DNA of 20,000 bases from an uncultured virus (IMG/VR IMGVR_UViG_3300033571_014589) (taxonomy: Duplodnaviria > Heunggongvirae > Uroviricota > Caudoviricetes): positions 51,549 through 71,548 of the IMG/VR virus record IMGVR_UViG_3300033571_014589; one strand, written 5' to 3'. Below the pieces are notes generated by a model. That model worked only from the letters and a program-made list of their open reading frames with translations, was not told where the DNA came from and did not search any database. The translations under genes were made by a program, and so were the position numbers. Of this stretch, positions 17,642 to 20,000 are shown piece after piece; the first letter of the stretch is position 1; each line of letters starts with the position of its first letter.

Positions 17642-18313
17642 ATGAAAACAACAATATCAGAAGAAATTATCAGAGAGCTTAAAAGACATAACCAAATTAA
17701 CAAATATATTGTCGAACAGGGAGCTCCCACAGAACCTGAGACACCACCTACACCTGATGAAGTAACACCACCTACACCTGATGACGCAACATTAGGGGGT
17801 GTAACACCATCTCCAGCAGAACCAACAACTGAACCAGGTCAACCTATTGATATTGCAAACGACCCTGATGTTGAAGAACTAACAGACGAACCAAACGATA
17901 CTGTAAATGATACTGTAAGTGATACTGAAAGTGGAACAGAAGAATTGGACATTACCGAACTTGTTAATTCACAGAAAAATATAGAAAACAAACAAGAAGA
18001 ATTTATGGGTTCAATTATGGGTAAGTTAGACGACTTAGAACAGAAATTGGCACAAATGGACAACATCTTTCAAAAGATAAATGACATTGAAAGTAAAGTT
18101 GAAAAGTATAGACCAAAAAGTGCTGAGGAAAAATTACAGTTAAGGTCATTAGATTCATACCCATTTAATCAAAAACTTACAGATTTTTTTGATGAAAAGT
18201 CCGAAGAGATGGAAAAAACAGGAAAAAATCAATATGTTTTAACAACCGATGACGTTGAAGACGTTGATGGTCGACAAATTAGAAAAACTTTTGACCAAGC
18301 AATTGGAACCTGA
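17642..18313 (+). CDS. Hypothetical acidic, Pro/Thr-rich and coiled-coil protein, 223 aa (possible head-internal or scaffold-like)
   Basis: Low-complexity PTEPETPPTPDEVTPPTPDD region followed by heptad-like IMGKLDDLEQKLAQMDNIFQKINDIESKVE. The ORF is well supported; the function is a guess. Confidence 0.7.
   Translation: MKTTISEEIIRELKRHNQINKYIVEQGAPTEPETPPTPDEVTPPTPDDATLGGVTPSPAEPTTEPGQPIDIANDPDVEELTDEPNDTVNDTVSDTESGTEELDITELVNSQKNIENKQEEFMGSIMGKLDDLEQKLAQMDNIFQKINDIESKVEKYRPKSAEEKLQLRSLDSYPFNQKLTDFFDEKSEEMEKTGKNQYVLTTDDVEDVDGRQIRKTFDQAIGT
17741..17784 (+). repeat. In-frame 20-nt direct repeat with a 24-nt period (TPPTPD x2)
   Basis: ACACCACCTACACCTGATGA at 17741-17760 and 17765-17784. Confidence 0.9.
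17897..17932 (+). repeat. In-frame 12-nt tandem repeat x3 (DTVN/DTVS/DTES)
   Basis: GATACTGTAAAT GATACTGTAAGT GATACTGAAAGT. Confidence 0.85.
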
Positions 18314-18344
18314 TTTGATTTATTAAGATTATTTCTTATACTTA
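18314..18344 (+). promoter_or_regulatory. Putative host-sigma-type (early/middle) promoter for the ssb-recA module
   Basis: TTGATT (18315-18320), 16 nt, TATACT (18337-18342). It can also be read as TTTG-19 nt-TATACTTA, an imperfect Bacteroidota -33/-7 promoter. This gap has no exact TATTTATA. Confidence 0.45.
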
Positions 18345-18380
18345 TTTTACAACTAAAATAACTATTTAATACAACAAATT

Positions 18381-19238
18381 ATGATGACAGATTCAACATT
18401 TGATGCCGTATTGGCGCAGTACGAACAAAACTCAAAACCTTTTGGTGATACACCAAAAATGACAGAAGAAGAAAGAATGAAGCGGTATTTCGCGGCAATT
18501 CTTCCCAAAGGAGAAAATTCAGGACAACGAAGAATTAGGATTCTCCCAACCAATGACGGAAGTTCCCCATTTAAAGAAGTGTGGTTTCACGAAATCCAAG
18601 TTAATGGTCAATATCAGAAATTTTATGACCCTGATAAAAACGAAGGTGAACGTTCACCACTTACCGAAGTTTATGAAGAATTGATGAAAACAGGTAAGGA
18701 AAGTGATAAAGAATTGGCAAAACAATATAAAGCACGTAAATTTTATATCGTCAAGGTAATTGATAGGGACCATGAAGAAGACGGTGTTAAATTTTGGAGA
18801 TTTAAACACAATTACAAACAAGACGGAATTCTTGACAAAATCATTCCAATTTGGAGGTCAAAAGGAAATCTTACAGATGTAAATCAAGGAAGAGACCTCA
18901 CAATTCAATTGACCAAATCTAAAACCCCAAAAGGTAAAGAATATACTTCAATTCAAACAATTATGCACGAGGACCCAAGTCCACTATCAGAAGATAAAGA
19001 ACTTTCTGAAAAGTGGGAAAAAGATACAACTGTATGGTCAGATGTATATTCTAAAAAACCTATTGAATATTTGGAAGCAATTGCTCGTGGAGAAGTACCA
19101 CGTTGGGATTCTGAAACCAAAAAATATGTATACGGTGAACAAACAACCGAGGTATTTGGAGGTAACGATATCTTTTCAGAGCAGGTATATTCTGACCCAC
19201 AAATTGGGATGGGTGCAGACGAAGAATTACCATTCTAA
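18381..19238 (+). CDS. Single-stranded DNA-binding protein (T4 gp32-like)
   Basis: RRIRILP...PFKEVWFH, FYIVKVIDRD..EDGVKFWRF, LTDVNQGRDLTI, and an acidic SSB-type C-terminal tip DEELPF. Adjacent to the recombinase. Confidence 0.8.
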   Translation: MMTDSTFDAVLAQYEQNSKPFGDTPKMTEEERMKRYFAAILPKGENSGQRRIRILPTNDGSSPFKEVWFHEIQVNGQYQKFYDPDKNEGERSPLTEVYEELMKTGKESDKELAKQYKARKFYIVKVIDRDHEEDGVKFWRFKHNYKQDGILDKIIPIWRSKGNLTDVNQGRDLTIQLTKSKTPKGKEYTSIQTIMHEDPSPLSEDKELSEKWEKDTTVWSDVYSKKPIEYLEAIARGEVPRWDSETKKYVYGEQTTEVFGGNDIFSEQVYSDPQIGMGADEELPF

Positions 19239-19246
19239 TTTTAACG

Positions 19247-19292
19247 AGCATGGACACATACATAGACATTGTGTCCATGCTTTTATTTTTTT
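19247..19292 (+). terminator. Intrinsic terminator-like hairpin between ssb and recA
   Basis: 12-bp perfect stem AGCATGGACACA (19247-19258) / TGTGTCCATGCT (19270-19281), 11-nt loop, followed by TTTATTTTTTT. Confidence 0.75.
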
Positions 19293-19319
19293 AACAAAAA
19301 AACAAACAACGCATAGACA

Positions 19320-20000
19320 ATGGCAATTAAAAAAAATGATTTTAGCTCGCTGAAGAAAAAATTTTCAACTTCAGCAAAATATAAACCGCAAAGATATTTT
19401 GATTTAGGTAAAGATTTCTTGGATGCGGTTGGACTTCCTGGTCCTGCAATAGGACACTTGAATATGTTCTTGGGACATTCGGATACAGGAAAAACTACCG
19501 CAGCGGTTAAAGCTGCTGTGGCAGCACAAAAGATGGGTATATTACCTGTGTTTATTATTACCGAACAAAAGTGGAGTTTTGAACATGCAAAACTTATGAG
19601 TTTTGAATGTAACGAAGTGGTTGATGAAGAAACAGGTGAAACAGACTGGGATGGATTCTTTATATTCAACAATAACTTTCATTATATTGAACAAATTACT
19701 GACTATATTAACGAATTGTTGGATGCTCAAGAAAAGGGGGAATTAGATTATAGTTTATGTTTTATTTGGGATTCAGTTGGTTCCATTCCATGTAAAATGA
19801 CTTACGAAGGCAAGGGCGGTCGCCAACACAATGCCGCGGTTCTTGCTGACAAGATTGGTATGGGTATTAACCAAAGAATTTCAGGTTCAAGAAAATCAGA
19901 TTCAAAGCATGAAAACACATTGATTATTATTAATCAGCCATGGGTTGAACTTCCTGACAATCCATTTGGTCAACCAAAAATTAAGGCAAAAGGTGGTGAA
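19320..20000 (+). CDS. recA: RecA/UvsX-like recombinase, 3'-truncated (absent from the ORF track because there is no stop in the window)
   Basis: Hand translation gives MAIKKNDFSSLKKKF... with Walker A GHSDTGKTT, catalytic-Glu region FIITEQKW, Walker B FIWDSVGSI, and LIIINQ...KAKGGE. Open to the window end. Confidence 0.88.
   Translation, partial: MAIKKNDFSSLKKKFSTSAKYKPQRYFDLGKDFLDAVGLPGPAIGHLNMFLGHSDTGKTTAAVKAAVAAQKMGILPVFIITEQKWSFEHAKLMSFECNEVVDEETGETDWDGFFIFNNNFHYIEQITDYINELLDAQEKGELDYSLCFIWDSVGSIPCKMTYEGKGGRQHNAAVLADKIGMGINQRISGSRKSDSKHENTLIIINQPWVELPDNPFGQPKIKAKGGE

Noticed and set aside
17741..17932. Direct repeats as a CRISPR-like or regulatory array
   Set aside because: Only 2-3 copies, periods are multiples of 3, there are no unique spacers, and they lie in a low-complexity coding linker.
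9..19730. Minus-strand ORFs in the track (e.g. 9-260, 7811-8233, 19283-19672) and nested plus-strand ORFs 7408-7605 and 19042-19353
   Set aside because: They lie largely within or opposite well-supported genes, show no recognisable motifs, and look like shadow ORFs.
1..20000. Stop-codon reassignment (as in some large phages)
   Set aside because: Standard code 11 gives long uninterrupted ORFs and near-complete coding density. Genes end in TAA or TGA, and none is broken by an in-frame TAG or TGA. No called gene ends in TAG, but that alone is not evidence of recoding.

Overview
AT-rich (roughly 30% GC by eye), densely coding window with all credible genes on the + strand. It looks like part of a large contractile-tailed (myovirus-type, possibly jumbo) phage genome. 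Gene order: 5'-truncated tail sheath, a 47-aa ORF missed by the ORF track, a HAD-like phosphatase, tail tube, tail assembly chaperone (T4 gp26-like) with an overlapping +1-frame extension, tape-measure-like protein, a 1552-aa tube-initiator-like baseplate protein, a LysM/gp53-like protein, a 2086-aa baseplate-hub-like protein, two hypothetical ORFs, a gp32-like SSB and a 3'-truncated RecA/UvsX-like recombinase. The most notable signals are: (i) a probable +1 ribosomal frameshift at GAG_TTT_TTT_CGG in the chaperone gene, where -1 or -2 shifts are the usual tail-chaperone mechanism; (ii) a recurring intergenic TATTTATA motif upstream of six genes, which is the reverse complement of the T4 late promoter and is twice coupled to a hairpin; (iii) apparently degenerate cell-wall-interacting domains in the giant baseplate proteins; (iv) a HAD enzyme between sheath and tube; (v) a CATRGACA repeat/hairpin element before recA. 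All product calls come from motif recognition and gene order, not database searches.
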